This document shows positions 21,007 to 30,478 of a stretch of 64,000 nucleotides of DNA, piece after piece. The notes below the pieces were generated by a model, which did no database searches, was not told the DNA's origin, and saw only the letters and a list, made by a program, of their open reading frames with translations. Both the position numbers and the translations under genes were made by a program. Source of the stretch: Cyanidioschyzon merolae (lineage: Eukaryota); assembly GCA_000091205.1 (NCBI GenBank), contig AP006497.2. One strand, written 5' to 3'. Positions within the stretch are counted from its first letter, which is position 1; every line of letters starts with the position of its first letter.

Positions 21007-22923
21007 ATGTCGAGTTCATCTGCAGAGCTTTTTGTGCGGGATCAGGCTGAGGAAGATGGTGCCTCGTCCCAGGGCGCGAATGTGGCTACGCGCTCGATTC
21101 CAAGGGCGCACGCCGGCATGAGCCTCGGCCCTATGATCGGACCCTACAGCCTTGGCCGAACACTGGGCGTCGGCTCTACTGGCAAAGTTAAGCTGGGTGT
21201 TCACGTGGAAACTGGTGAACTAGTTGCAATAAAAGTGATCCGAAAAGAGTTCATTGAGCGAAAGGAGTCGCTAAAGAAGAAGATGCAGCGCGAGATCGCT
21301 GTTATGAAACTGTGCGACCATCCTAATGTGCTGCGCCTGCTCGAAGTCTTTGAAACGAATACGCACCTTTTCCTGGTAACAGAGTACGCGGACGGTGGCG
21401 AGCTCTTCGACTATCTGGTCAAGCGAGGGAGCCTCGAACCAGACGAGGCGCGGCTATTTTTTCGTCAGATAATCGAGGGCGTCGACTACTGTCACCAGCG
21501 ATACATCGTTCACCGTGACTTGAAACCAGAGAACCTCTTGCTGGATAAGGAACATCGAATCAAAATAGCTGATTTTGGGATGGCAAGTATGCTGCCGCCG
21601 GGGAGTATGCTGGAAACAAGTTGCGGGTCGCCTCATTACGCCGCACCGGAGATTATCAGTGGTGAAATGTACAGTGGTTTTGAAAGCGATGTCTGGAGTT
21701 GCGGTGTGATTCTGTACGCGCTGGTTACGGGTAAGTTGCCATTCGATGATGATAATCTGCAGAGGTTGCTGCAAAAAGTGAGATGTGGGCTATACCATCT
21801 GCCGAGTTATCTGCCTCCTCAGCTCCGCTCTCTGATCCACTGCATGCTCACAGTGGACCCGAAGCGGCGAATTACCGTCGAAGGCATCAAAGCGCATCCC
21901 TGGTATCTGGGGAAGGGCGAGAAAGGTAGCGGACCACATCACTCGCAATCGACCGCAAGCGATGGGGCAACAGCTGAAGGCGCTGACGCCAGGGAATCGA
22001 GAACCATACCGCAGTCGCTGGAACCAGCGGCGCCGTTGTATCGAGAGCCGGTGCTGGATCCAGTTCCTGCGATCCTGCAGTCTTTAGTTGATCTCGGTTG
22101 GGGTGATTCGGACTCTTTGCGAGCGATTCTAGCGAGTGAGCAACCGAGTTTAGAGCGTGTCTTCTACCGGCAGCTCGAAATTCGCGAGCGCGAGATGAAA
22201 CAACAATCTGCGAATGATAGCGACGAGGGCGAAAGCGGAACTCCGAGCCCGCGCGCTGGAAGTGCAGCTGAGAAAGCCGCGGATATGTCATCGGCAATAG
22301 CTGCATTATCGAACGCAGAAGCGACGTCAGCGGTACGGACGCGAACGCGCCGACCGCAATGGTTTCCACCAGAGTGGTCGAATGCAACCGATGTGCCTGC
22401 TGGTGCTGGTGGTGGTGGTGGTGGTGGTGCTCCTGTTCAAGCCGCTGATCAGACCAATGACATACAGCATCGGCTCGCGCAAACGCACATCGGAGCTGAG
22501 GACGCAACCAAGGCAGCAGCGTCCACCGAGGCGGGCAATGCCGGTGTCCTTTGGGAGCGTCCGACAGTTGCCTCTGCGCCGCAGCGCATTCCGCGCGGTA
22601 CTGGAACGCATCACGGGGCGCACGAGAAGGAGAGCATATCGGGTGACACTGGGGAGCAGCCATCGGATGGTGCTGAAGCCCAGAATGCTGACGAGGACAT
22701 GTTCCTGGCCGACCTGTCAGGTCCGAAGAAGAATTGGTTCGATAGCCTCGGTCGCTACTTCTACTCGCGCCAGCGACGTCGCAGCCGAGGTCCCCCGTCG
22801 TCTCACTCGCAGAGCACGGACCAGACACCGAAAAACCCTACAACTTCAAGTAGCGATAACGGGAGCACGGCGACTGAGCAGAGTGCGGATACGCCCGTCA
22901 GCGCAGCGCACCTCTCATCCTAG
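21007..22923 (+). CDS. SNF1/AMPK-alpha-like Ser/Thr protein kinase (CAMKL family)
   Basis: Kinase subdomains: GVGSTGKVKLGVHVETGELVAIKVI (Gly loop and VAIK), HRDLKPENLLLD, DFGMAS, T-loop TSCGSPHYAAPE, and CAMKL-type KEFIERKESLKKKMQREIAVMKLCDHPNVLRL. The track start is TTG 20908; the first ATG is 21007. The C-terminal low-complexity tail has poly-Gly from (GGT)n at 22398-22431. Confidence 0.85.
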   Translation: MSSSSAELFVRDQAEEDGASSQGANVATRSIPRAHAGMSLGPMIGPYSLGRTLGVGSTGKVKLGVHVETGELVAIKVIRKEFIERKESLKKKMQREIAVMKLCDHPNVLRLLEVFETNTHLFLVTEYADGGELFDYLVKRGSLEPDEARLFFRQIIEGVDYCHQRYIVHRDLKPENLLLDKEHRIKIADFGMASMLPPGSMLETSCGSPHYAAPEIISGEMYSGFESDVWSCGVILYALVTGKLPFDDDNLQRLLQKVRCGLYHLPSYLPPQLRSLIHCMLTVDPKRRITVEGIKAHPWYLGKGEKGSGPHHSQSTASDGATAEGADARESRTIPQSLEPAAPLYREPVLDPVPAILQSLVDLGWGDSDSLRAILASEQPSLERVFYRQLEIREREMKQQSANDSDEGESGTPSPRAGSAAEKAADMSSAIAALSNAEATSAVRTRTRRPQWFPPEWSNATDVPAGAGGGGGGGAPVQAADQTNDIQHRLAQTHIGAEDATKAAASTEAGNAGVLWERPTVASAPQRIPRGTGTHHGAHEKESISGDTGEQPSDGAEAQNADEDMFLADLSGPKKNWFDSLGRYFYSRQRRRSRGPPSSHSQSTDQTPKNPTTSSSDNGSTATEQSADTPVSAAHLSS

Positions 22924-23447
22924 CAGTCAGGGTAAAATCCGGTTGTTCAGTGTGTGTGAGTGTGTGGCATGCTTCATGGGATACATTGCACAAGTCGTGT
23001 GGCTTGGCGCGGTATCGTGGCCCCGATGTCGACTCGGTGACCAGCTTCGGCTGAGAAGCATCGCTCCCGGCCGCAACCGGTGCCGGCAGCGCCCTGCCCC
23101 CCGTTTCTCGAACCCGAAAGCACTGGTAATCCGCGCGTTTACCTGATCCGTCTTTCGGAGGTTACTTGGCTGCGCAAGTGCAGCCAAACAACCTCCGAAC
23201 CGCACCGTCATTGGACGTGAATCGTAACGCTGCCTCTGTTCATGCATCCCGCGTACGTGCGTCGGATGCATCCTACATGCCTCCGACACTGGATTCTTCC
23301 GACATGTGAACGCATGTCCATATACTTCAACAGTGTGTATGTGTGTGTGTCTCGATCTATGCAATTGCATCGTATATGCTTCACATGACTGCATGCCTCA
23401 TCCATGTGCATATGTTTGAACGCGAATGACCCTCTTGGGAATGCATT

Positions 23448-25676
23448 TCACGCGACAGCCTGTGACGCTCGAGCCGGATCCAAATGCAGCGCATATTCGA
23501 GTCCATCTACCAGGGCATTCACAGATGCAACGATAATATTCGTATCCGCTGATACGGTCGTAAATCGTAGACCGCGTTTTCGGTCATGGAAAGAAACCAA
23601 GACTCTAGTGGTTGCGGCTGTCGCCGATTCCGAGTCCAAGATCCTGACTTTGTAGTCTTCTAGACTGATATGCTCGAGCTCGGGGAACGATCCCAGAAGC
23701 GCTCGACGCATTGCCGCGTTGACCGCGTCTACCGGGCCGTTGCCTTCCGCACACTCGAGCGTTGGTGCAGCACCATGCACGAGTACCTTCACAACAGCAT
23801 GGGTGTGCGTCTCGTTCCGCCAGACGGCCACAGAGGGATCTCGAGCAAGTGCCCTACGGCTATTTCTTTCGGGTATCTGAGCGCTCGGCAGAGGTGTTAC
23901 GAATAGTGGACCACCCGTTACCGGTGCCGCAGTACCATCGCGGGCGCCTTCCGAGAGCGATCGGGCAAGCGGTTCCGAAAACCAGCTATCTTCAGCATCC
24001 TCTGGGTCTTCGGGTGTAAAACAACCCTCCTGGTTCACATACAAAACGCGTTTGTTACCAGTGAAGACGGAAAAATCGACAAGTTCGAACGGCGCCACAT
24101 AATTGGGAACCGCTCGACGCCACATCATCGCTAGCGATGCCTCGGCGCCTTCGAACGTGAATCCCTTGTTCTCCAGCGCCTTGATACGCTCGAGTATCTT
24201 GGTAATACGCGCCTTCCAAACCGGATCGCGTTCATCAAAGGCGAGGTTCAAGGAGCGCAGTTTCGATTGAATGTTACCGCGTCCGCTGAGTTCGCTAACG
24301 AGTACTCGTGGCCGATTGCCCACCAAAGCGGGATCAATGAACTGGTAGCTGCGAGGGTCTTTCAGCATAGCGGCCACGTGGAGACCGCCTTTGTGCGCAA
24401 AAGCGCTCTCACCAACGAATGCACGCCATGGAACGTGCGGGCGATTCGCAATTTCGTCCACGAAGCGAGACACTGCCGTCAAATTCTGCAAGTGCGTCGT
24501 TGAGGCTACTACGGAATACCCCAGTCGCAGCTGCAAGATCGGGATAATCGACATGAGGTTGGCATTGCCAGTACGCTCACCGTAGCCGTTGACGCAGCCT
24601 TGGAGCAGCGTGGCGCCCCCGCGCACAGCTGCAATGGAATTCGCTACCGCCAGTTCCATATCGTTATGGCAATGGATACCCAAACGAACACCAGGTGACG
24701 ACTCAAATCGAGACTGCACCACACGCATAACATTTTCGACGACCCAGGGTGTAGCAGCGCCATTCGTGTCGCAAAGCACAAGGACGTCTGCGCCGGCCTC
24801 TACTGCCGCTTCCAAGCACTGCATCGCGTACGAAGCGTTCGCTTCATAGGCATCGAAAAAGTGCTCTGCGTCGAGCATGACCTCCCGTCCAGCTGCTTTG
24901 AGATACGAGACGGTGTCCCGAATCATCCGGATGTTTTCATCCAGACTCGTGCCGAGCACCTGCAGAACCTGAAAATCCCAGGTCTTGGCGACTATGGTTA
25001 CGGTGGGCGTTTCAGCGCGCAGCAGCGACCCTAGTTGCGGGTCCGCGTCGCAGGGAGTCCCTTTGTGTCGCGTTGCACCGAAAGCCACCAACTTTGCGTT
25101 ACGCATGCGCGGCAACAGTTCCTGCTTTGCCCGCAGGAAGAATTGTTCGTCCTTGGGATTGGATCCGGGCCAACCAGCTTCGATATACGCCACGCCAAGT
25201 TTCGCATCAAGCTCCGCAGCGATGCGCAATTTATCTTGGCAGGAGAGCGATATACCTTCGCCCTGGGTGCCGTCGCGGAGTGTGGTGTCGTAGATCTGGA
25301 TGTTCAAACCAGCGGTAGGTTGATCTAACGCATCCTTCCGGCCTTGGTCAACGTGCATGCAAGGCTGCCTAAGCAGAGACTCGGAGGCGTACTCGAACGC
25401 GGCACGTCGGCTTGTGCGTTGTATTCGATTGCGAATAGTCGAGCGACGCTTTCCGTGATTCCACTTCCCGGTATCGAAAGAAGAAAGCGCGACAGGTTCT
25501 GCTGAGAGGCCACGCCAGCGCCAGTAGACCGGAAGGCAGAACGCAGTTGCAGGGCGATGGTGATGAGTGCGCACACGCGCACGCGGCTGAGCGCACTGAG
25601 CCCAGCCAAGACCGAGTCCGTCACGACCTCCGCCGCTCGATCCAGAACGACACCACATCCCGGTCAGCAGCAGCAT
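23448..25676 (-). CDS. 2-isopropylmalate synthase / (R)-citramalate synthase family enzyme (HMGL-like), with N-terminal presequence
   Basis: IYDTTLRDGTQGEGISLS...GWPGSNPKD...GIHCHNDMELAVANSIAAVRGGATLLQGCVNGYGERTGNANL are classic LeuA/CimA motifs, with a C-terminal LeuA-dimerisation-length region. The track start is TTG at 25796; the first ATG is 25676 (MLLLTGMW...), preceded and followed by a Leu/Arg/Ser-rich presequence. Confidence 0.8.
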   Translation of the reverse strand: MLLLTGMWCRSGSSGGGRDGLGLGWAQCAQPRARVRTHHHRPATAFCLPVYWRWRGLSAEPVALSSFDTGKWNHGKRRSTIRNRIQRTSRRAAFEYASESLLRQPCMHVDQGRKDALDQPTAGLNIQIYDTTLRDGTQGEGISLSCQDKLRIAAELDAKLGVAYIEAGWPGSNPKDEQFFLRAKQELLPRMRNAKLVAFGATRHKGTPCDADPQLGSLLRAETPTVTIVAKTWDFQVLQVLGTSLDENIRMIRDTVSYLKAAGREVMLDAEHFFDAYEANASYAMQCLEAAVEAGADVLVLCDTNGAATPWVVENVMRVVQSRFESSPGVRLGIHCHNDMELAVANSIAAVRGGATLLQGCVNGYGERTGNANLMSIIPILQLRLGYSVVASTTHLQNLTAVSRFVDEIANRPHVPWRAFVGESAFAHKGGLHVAAMLKDPRSYQFIDPALVGNRPRVLVSELSGRGNIQSKLRSLNLAFDERDPVWKARITKILERIKALENKGFTFEGAEASLAMMWRRAVPNYVAPFELVDFSVFTGNKRVLYVNQEGCFTPEDPEDAEDSWFSEPLARSLSEGARDGTAAPVTGGPLFVTPLPSAQIPERNSRRALARDPSVAVWRNETHTHAVVKVLVHGAAPTLECAEGNGPVDAVNAAMRRALLGSFPELEHISLEDYKVRILDSESATAATTRVLVSFHDRKRGLRFTTVSADTNIIVASVNALVDGLEYALHLDPARASQAVA

Positions 25677-26055
25677 CAGTAGCAGCAGCCGTAGGAGTGG
25701 TCGTGCGCAAACAAACACAAACACACGAGAGAACGGTACACCCGAGAAACGTGTCGTGCGGCCACGAGTCCCAGGGAGTCGACGAGTTTCCAGCAATAGC
25801 TTTCGTCACGATCGCACCCAAAGGTAGATGTTGGCCAGCTGCGTCCAATCCTTTACAAAACCTTCACGTTTTAGACTATCCGCGTACACCGCACCGCCCT
25901 AGAGGCTGCTCGTACGCACCGCAACTCTTCCGTCGAAGCGAAAAGCACTACCACTACTACCACCACCACCAAAGAATCTCGCAGTCAAGGTGCTCGATGC
26001 AGGTACAAGTGCCCGGCGGCGCCGGCGTGCTACCCGAAAGCCTGGATCACAGCGC

Positions 26056-26089
26056 GCCTGCCTGCCTGCCTGGCTGCCTGCCTGCCTGG

Positions 26090-26124
<35 letters not shown>

Positions 26125-26182
26125 GCTGCCTGCCTGTCTGCCTGGCTGCCTGCCTGCCTGCCTGCCTGCCTGTCTGCCTGCC
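26056..26182. repeat. (CCTG)n tetranucleotide microsatellite with CTGG variants, about 127 bp
   Basis: gcctgcctgcctggctgcctgcctgcctggctgcctgcctgcc... is seen directly, between the LeuA-family gene (minus) and the VKOR gene (plus). Confidence 0.9.
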
Positions 26183-26245
26183 GGCGCGCCGCGCACCCCC
26201 GTCGCGCACAATCGCAGCAGCGATACGCTGCCGCCCCTGAATTGC

Positions 26246-26272
26246 GTGTGTGTGTGTGTGCGCGCGCGCGCG
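26246..26272. repeat. (TG)n(CG)n alternating purine-pyrimidine tract (Z-DNA-prone)
   Basis: gtgtgtgtgtgtgtgcgcgcgcgcgcg. Confidence 0.9.
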
Positions 26273-26338
26273 ACGGGCGGGTATCGCGGCGTCGACGACG
26301 CAGTCACCGGCCCGGGCATCGCGTTCATGGACACGAGG

Positions 26339-26365
26339 CCGCTGCTGCTGCTGCTGCTGCTGCTG
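26339..26365. repeat. (GCT)8 trinucleotide repeat
   Basis: gctgctgctgctgctgctgctgctg. Confidence 0.9.
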
Positions 26366-26508
26366 GGATGCGCACGCGCAATCATCCACGGTGGGTGCGG
26401 AGAGGCAGCGCGTTTGCGTCCATGCTTCAGGGGTTGTTCAGCGACGCAGAATTCCCGTAGGTTACAGCCGGGTTGGTTACGGAGATTAGCTGCACTACTG
26501 AAGGAGGC

Positions 26509-27894
26509 ATGGGGCAGTCGAGTGTCTACAAGGAGGCGTTTGTAACTGCTTTGAATTGCGGTGGAGGAGTTGCGAACGGTATCCAAGGTGAAAAACCCTC
26601 AGCAGGCGTCAGGAGGAAAGAGTCGCTGACGACGACGACGTGCCCTCGAACCAGTGCACCCACTTTTAAAAGCGGAGAGCGAAGATCTAGAACAGCCATT
26701 TGCCTTGAGTCTCGCTTTAAAACGCAGATAAATGATGGACGATGCGACTCGCCGTCGTGGGTCCAGGGAACGGTGCAGGCGTGCGGCCTGGCAGCGCACA
26801 CGCGGCTATGTTTCTGGTCGTATAGGCGAACGCAGGGTCGCCTTACACGACGCATGGCGCGCTCTAGTATACAAGGTTTGCGGGACCGATGGAGCATTTC
26901 GCCGGTGCGTCTGTATGACGCATCGTTATGGGTGGCAAGCGCAGGCGCGGTCGAGACCACCCTCTTAACGCTGTGGAAGGTACTGCGCAGCGAGGTGACC
27001 TGCGCTATGCGCGGCTGCAGTGACGTTCTCTCGAGTCCATATGCTAGTTTATTGGGCATTCCCCTGACTTTTTTCGGGGCGCTAACCTATTCCCTTCTTG
27101 CATTCTTTACGTTTCAGGCTCGGCGGGAAAGAGTGTCCAGAATGACATCCGGGGCTAGTGCGCAGAACGGTACTGCTCCAGTGGCCGATGCCGTCGACGC
27201 TATCCCGCTCGATGCAATATCTTTCCGATTGTTTGGGCGACAAGTTCGACTGCAGGGGATATCGTACCAAGATCTTATGTTTGGTGCGTCGACCTTTATG
27301 CTGGTATTCAGCGGCTACCTTGTATGGTTGCTGGTCTTCGAACTGCAAGCAGTTTGCCCGTGGTGCATATTCTCCGCCGCGAGCTCCGTCATCCTCTTTA
27401 CGCTCGCCTGTGCGATCGAGAATGCTTTTTATCAAGGTGAACGTTATCGAAGATGGAGCCGACTCTTCTGGGTCGCCGGATGCTCCACTGTGCTTTCGCT
27501 TTCAAGTGCAGCAGCTGCCTACGCAGCTGCACAGTGGAGTATGCGAGTGACAGCTACGGTTTCCGCGAGTGAGCTGTATGCGCCGCCACCAATCGAAAGC
27601 CATTCTTCTGAGTCGGCTGTGGCGCTCGCGAAACACCTCAGGTCCCTGGGCGCCCGAATGTACGGTGCGTACTGGTGCGAGCACTGCCACGCACAAAAAG
27701 AGCTTTTCGGCCGCGAAGCCTTCTCTCACATCGAGTACATAGAATGTTCCAAGTACGGGGTGAACGGAAAAATGAATCTGTGCAGAAAGCGGCACGTTCC
27801 GGGATATCCAACGTGGGAAATCCGCGGGGAGCTGTATCCGGGAAAGAAATCCCTCGATGAGCTCAAGGAAATCAGCGGGTACACTGGCCCGTAG
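26509..27894 (+). CDS. Vitamin K epoxide reductase (VKOR) domain fused to a thioredoxin-like domain (LTO1-type), with long N-terminal extension
   Basis: Membrane VKOR core with a loop Cys pair (CAMRGC) and CxxC in a TM helix (AVCPWCIFSAASSVILF). The C-terminal thioredoxin-like YGAYWCEHCHAQKELFG has WCxHC. The track start is TTG 26473; the first ATG is 26509. Confidence 0.8.
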   Translation: MGQSSVYKEAFVTALNCGGGVANGIQGEKPSAGVRRKESLTTTTCPRTSAPTFKSGERRSRTAICLESRFKTQINDGRCDSPSWVQGTVQACGLAAHTRLCFWSYRRTQGRLTRRMARSSIQGLRDRWSISPVRLYDASLWVASAGAVETTLLTLWKVLRSEVTCAMRGCSDVLSSPYASLLGIPLTFFGALTYSLLAFFTFQARRERVSRMTSGASAQNGTAPVADAVDAIPLDAISFRLFGRQVRLQGISYQDLMFGASTFMLVFSGYLVWLLVFELQAVCPWCIFSAASSVILFTLACAIENAFYQGERYRRWSRLFWVAGCSTVLSLSSAAAAYAAAQWSMRVTATVSASELYAPPPIESHSSESAVALAKHLRSLGARMYGAYWCEHCHAQKELFGREAFSHIEYIECSKYGVNGKMNLCRKRHVPGYPTWEIRGELYPGKKSLDELKEISGYTGP

Positions 27895-29699
27895 CTACAC
27901 GAGCATACGCGCTTTTGACCTGCATGGATCCATGCAGTACTGGATCGTCAATGATGACACGCCCTATGTTGTCCAGATAAATGCTCGAGGCCCATAAAGG
28001 CAGGCGCCTAGCCCAAGCAGGTACCGCCTGGACATGCATGCCTCGCGAATGCTTCGTGTTTGATGAGTACACAAGTGGCGTTTCGTATGCGGCAGGCAGG
28101 TCGATGCGCTCGCTAGCCGCGGACGTTGTGCCTTATCTTCCATGTGGACGGGCGTAGAGAAAACCACACCACGTATCTCGATCGAATAGCTCGAGCTGCC
28201 TGATTCTGCGTTCAGCATGTTTCCCAGATACCATGCGCGTGAAACCGGGCTCATTGCTGAGTCCCATATGTGCTGTGCACCCGATCATGGGAGAATCCGC
28301 GCTGCGCAAAAAACTAGCCACAGTGCTTGTACGACCGCGGTGATCGAGCTTGCGCGTCATTCTCTTTCGGGGCTGGGTGATTTTGATCCATATCACCAGC
28401 GACTCGGGCACCGTTATGTGCGTAGGCGAGCACGTGACGGAAGCGATCCAGCATCGCAGCACTCGTGACTCTGTCGCTCACGTTTCCTCCGTCGATCACG
28501 TGGCTGGGTCGATTCGCGTGTGTAGCGCTTGTCCGGCGACGATGACCGGAATCGAATGGCCAGTACGATTGCTCTGGTTCCTACTCGCCGCTTTGCACCA
28601 CACCGATATAAAGAGGGCTCATAGTGTCCGTTCTGCACATGCAGTCGCCATACTCTGGCTGTCTGATTGGTTGGTTGGCTTTACGGCTGATGCGCACGGT
28701 TCAGGCAGTTGCGGTATGCGTCCCATACGCGGACTCGACCTGCGCTTGCCCTGCCCCACCGTCAAACAAATCCACGAGCATCGCATGCCTAGCGCTGCCT
28801 GCGTAACCGGGGCTACGCTCGCGGCAACGCCCGTCGGTATTTCGCATCAGGAGGCCTCCGGTGTGAAGGGCACGCGATTTCACCCCTGAATCCGATCCGG
28901 ATCCAATGTGGTACATTCGCGAGCGATACCATCCAAACAGCAAGGGAGATTGACTACATGGGATCATGCGTGCGTGGAATCCTCGGGATGCAGCAGCTGG
29001 CGTCGCGGCAACGTCCCGTTCAGCTCCAATGCAGTGCAGACGTAGCGCTGAAAGAGGCATGCCTTCGGCGAAGTCTGCTTCACCAATGCTGCGATCGCAT
29101 GTGATGAACGGGATCACTCTAGCACACGCGATGATGACTTCCTCGTACTACGCGCAACAGCAGTGACACAGGCCTGCGTTGATGACTCCAAAACACCGCT
29201 GAGAGCGCTGGAAGAACGCATGATCATGAGACGGCCATACAGATGACCCTTGTTTGACGGCAACAGGCTTCCTTTCAAAGCCATCCGTGCAATGAAACAA
29301 AATAGGATCTCTGACATGGTTTGACCCCAAACGAAGTCACCCAGAACCTCCAGTGAGGCATCGGTGTCGCGGTGCACAGCACACGCGTTGCATGTCGCAC
29401 TTTTCGGATAACGGGGTTTATCAATATTTGCGCATGATTCGCTGCACTGTATCCAGTGCTTCACATATGGATCATGCGCGCGTTCAGCGGAGAACCCGCC
29501 ATGATGGAAAAATTCCGTGAGTGCCGCACCTGGAATCCGTTTCGATATCCTCTGAAAACTTAGCCTCGTGCTCTGCACATAAAACTTAGGATGCATGGTC
29601 ATAAGCACGCATGCTAGGCTAGTCAGTAAAACAAAAAAAAAGTTTAACGTCCATGGACTAGAAGTATATCTACCCAATGCAGACGCCTCCCAGCCTTTT

Positions 29700-29850
29700 C
29701 TGACTTCCAGAATGCTATCGATTTCAGTTTCTGCTTGTACACTTCGAGCATCAGACGCTACCTCACAAGCTTCGATCGCGTCAGCTCTGCAGGTTTCCTC
29801 TTCAATACTCCACATTTCCTGATATTGATGGTAGCGGGAAGTCTTGGCAC
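29700..29850 (-). pseudogene. Second decayed relic of the TnpB/Fanzor-like family (RuvC-III tail)
   Basis: Minus-strand translation ...TDVVRVPRLPATINIRKCGVLKRKPAELTRSKLVR*RLMLEVYKQKLKSIAFWKS aligns with NRDLNAAINIRRSAVMGKRPPELTGENFVGQRLMVELYRMKMKPVVGGQS of the full copies. There is an in-frame stop, an upstream TAA, and the RD of the motif is lost. Confidence 0.45.
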
Positions 29851-30478
29851 ACGAACGACATCCGTTTATTGCCGCTGTTTGAACACATTAATCCAAGGTT
29901 CCTCGAACTCGTGCCCCGTTTACCACGAAACTCTCGTCGTCGTCTCGACGTGCGAACACTTTTTCTCGCCCATAGCCGCTATGTTTCTTCTCCTTCGTCA
30001 TTTGCGCTTCTTCGCTCGATGATAGGCAACAAGCGGATTTTTCTTTTTTTCAGGCACACGGCGACACCAAGCCCGCAGGCTCTCCGCCTTCCATGCCCAC
30101 ACCGTCGCCTTGGGTTCTGTACTTTAGAGACTTAGCGCACTTGGAACGCTTCTCCTATAAATTGCGAGAAAGCGTTGCAACGCAGGCATCCACGCGCGTG
30201 GAACCCAGCCGTGCTGAAATCGAGTGTTGCGCGTGACGGCGAACGCACGCCATGCGATGCTGCTGCTGCTGCTGCTGCACCGGTAATCTCGTACGCGACG
30301 CTAGTTTCTACGAACCAACGCGATATTCTGCTGCGCTGTTGGTTTTGGTTGCAGTTTCGTTACGTATTTTTGAGCTAGATCGAGTTTGGTTGCACCTGAA
30401 CCTCACGTCGTGATACCCTGAGCGCCGTCCGTGGTGTCCTAGGGAGAGGCCTCTCGGATTCCGTGGCTTTCACACGCC

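Noticed and set aside
25547-26586. ORFs of 332, 156, 119 and 179 aa spanning the (CCTG)n/(TG)n/(GCT)n region
   Set aside because: Their sequences are built from the microsatellites themselves (PACLPACLPA..., RQAGRQAGRQ..., poly-Q/poly-S/poly-L). They have no domain and lie in a bidirectional promoter. Spurious.
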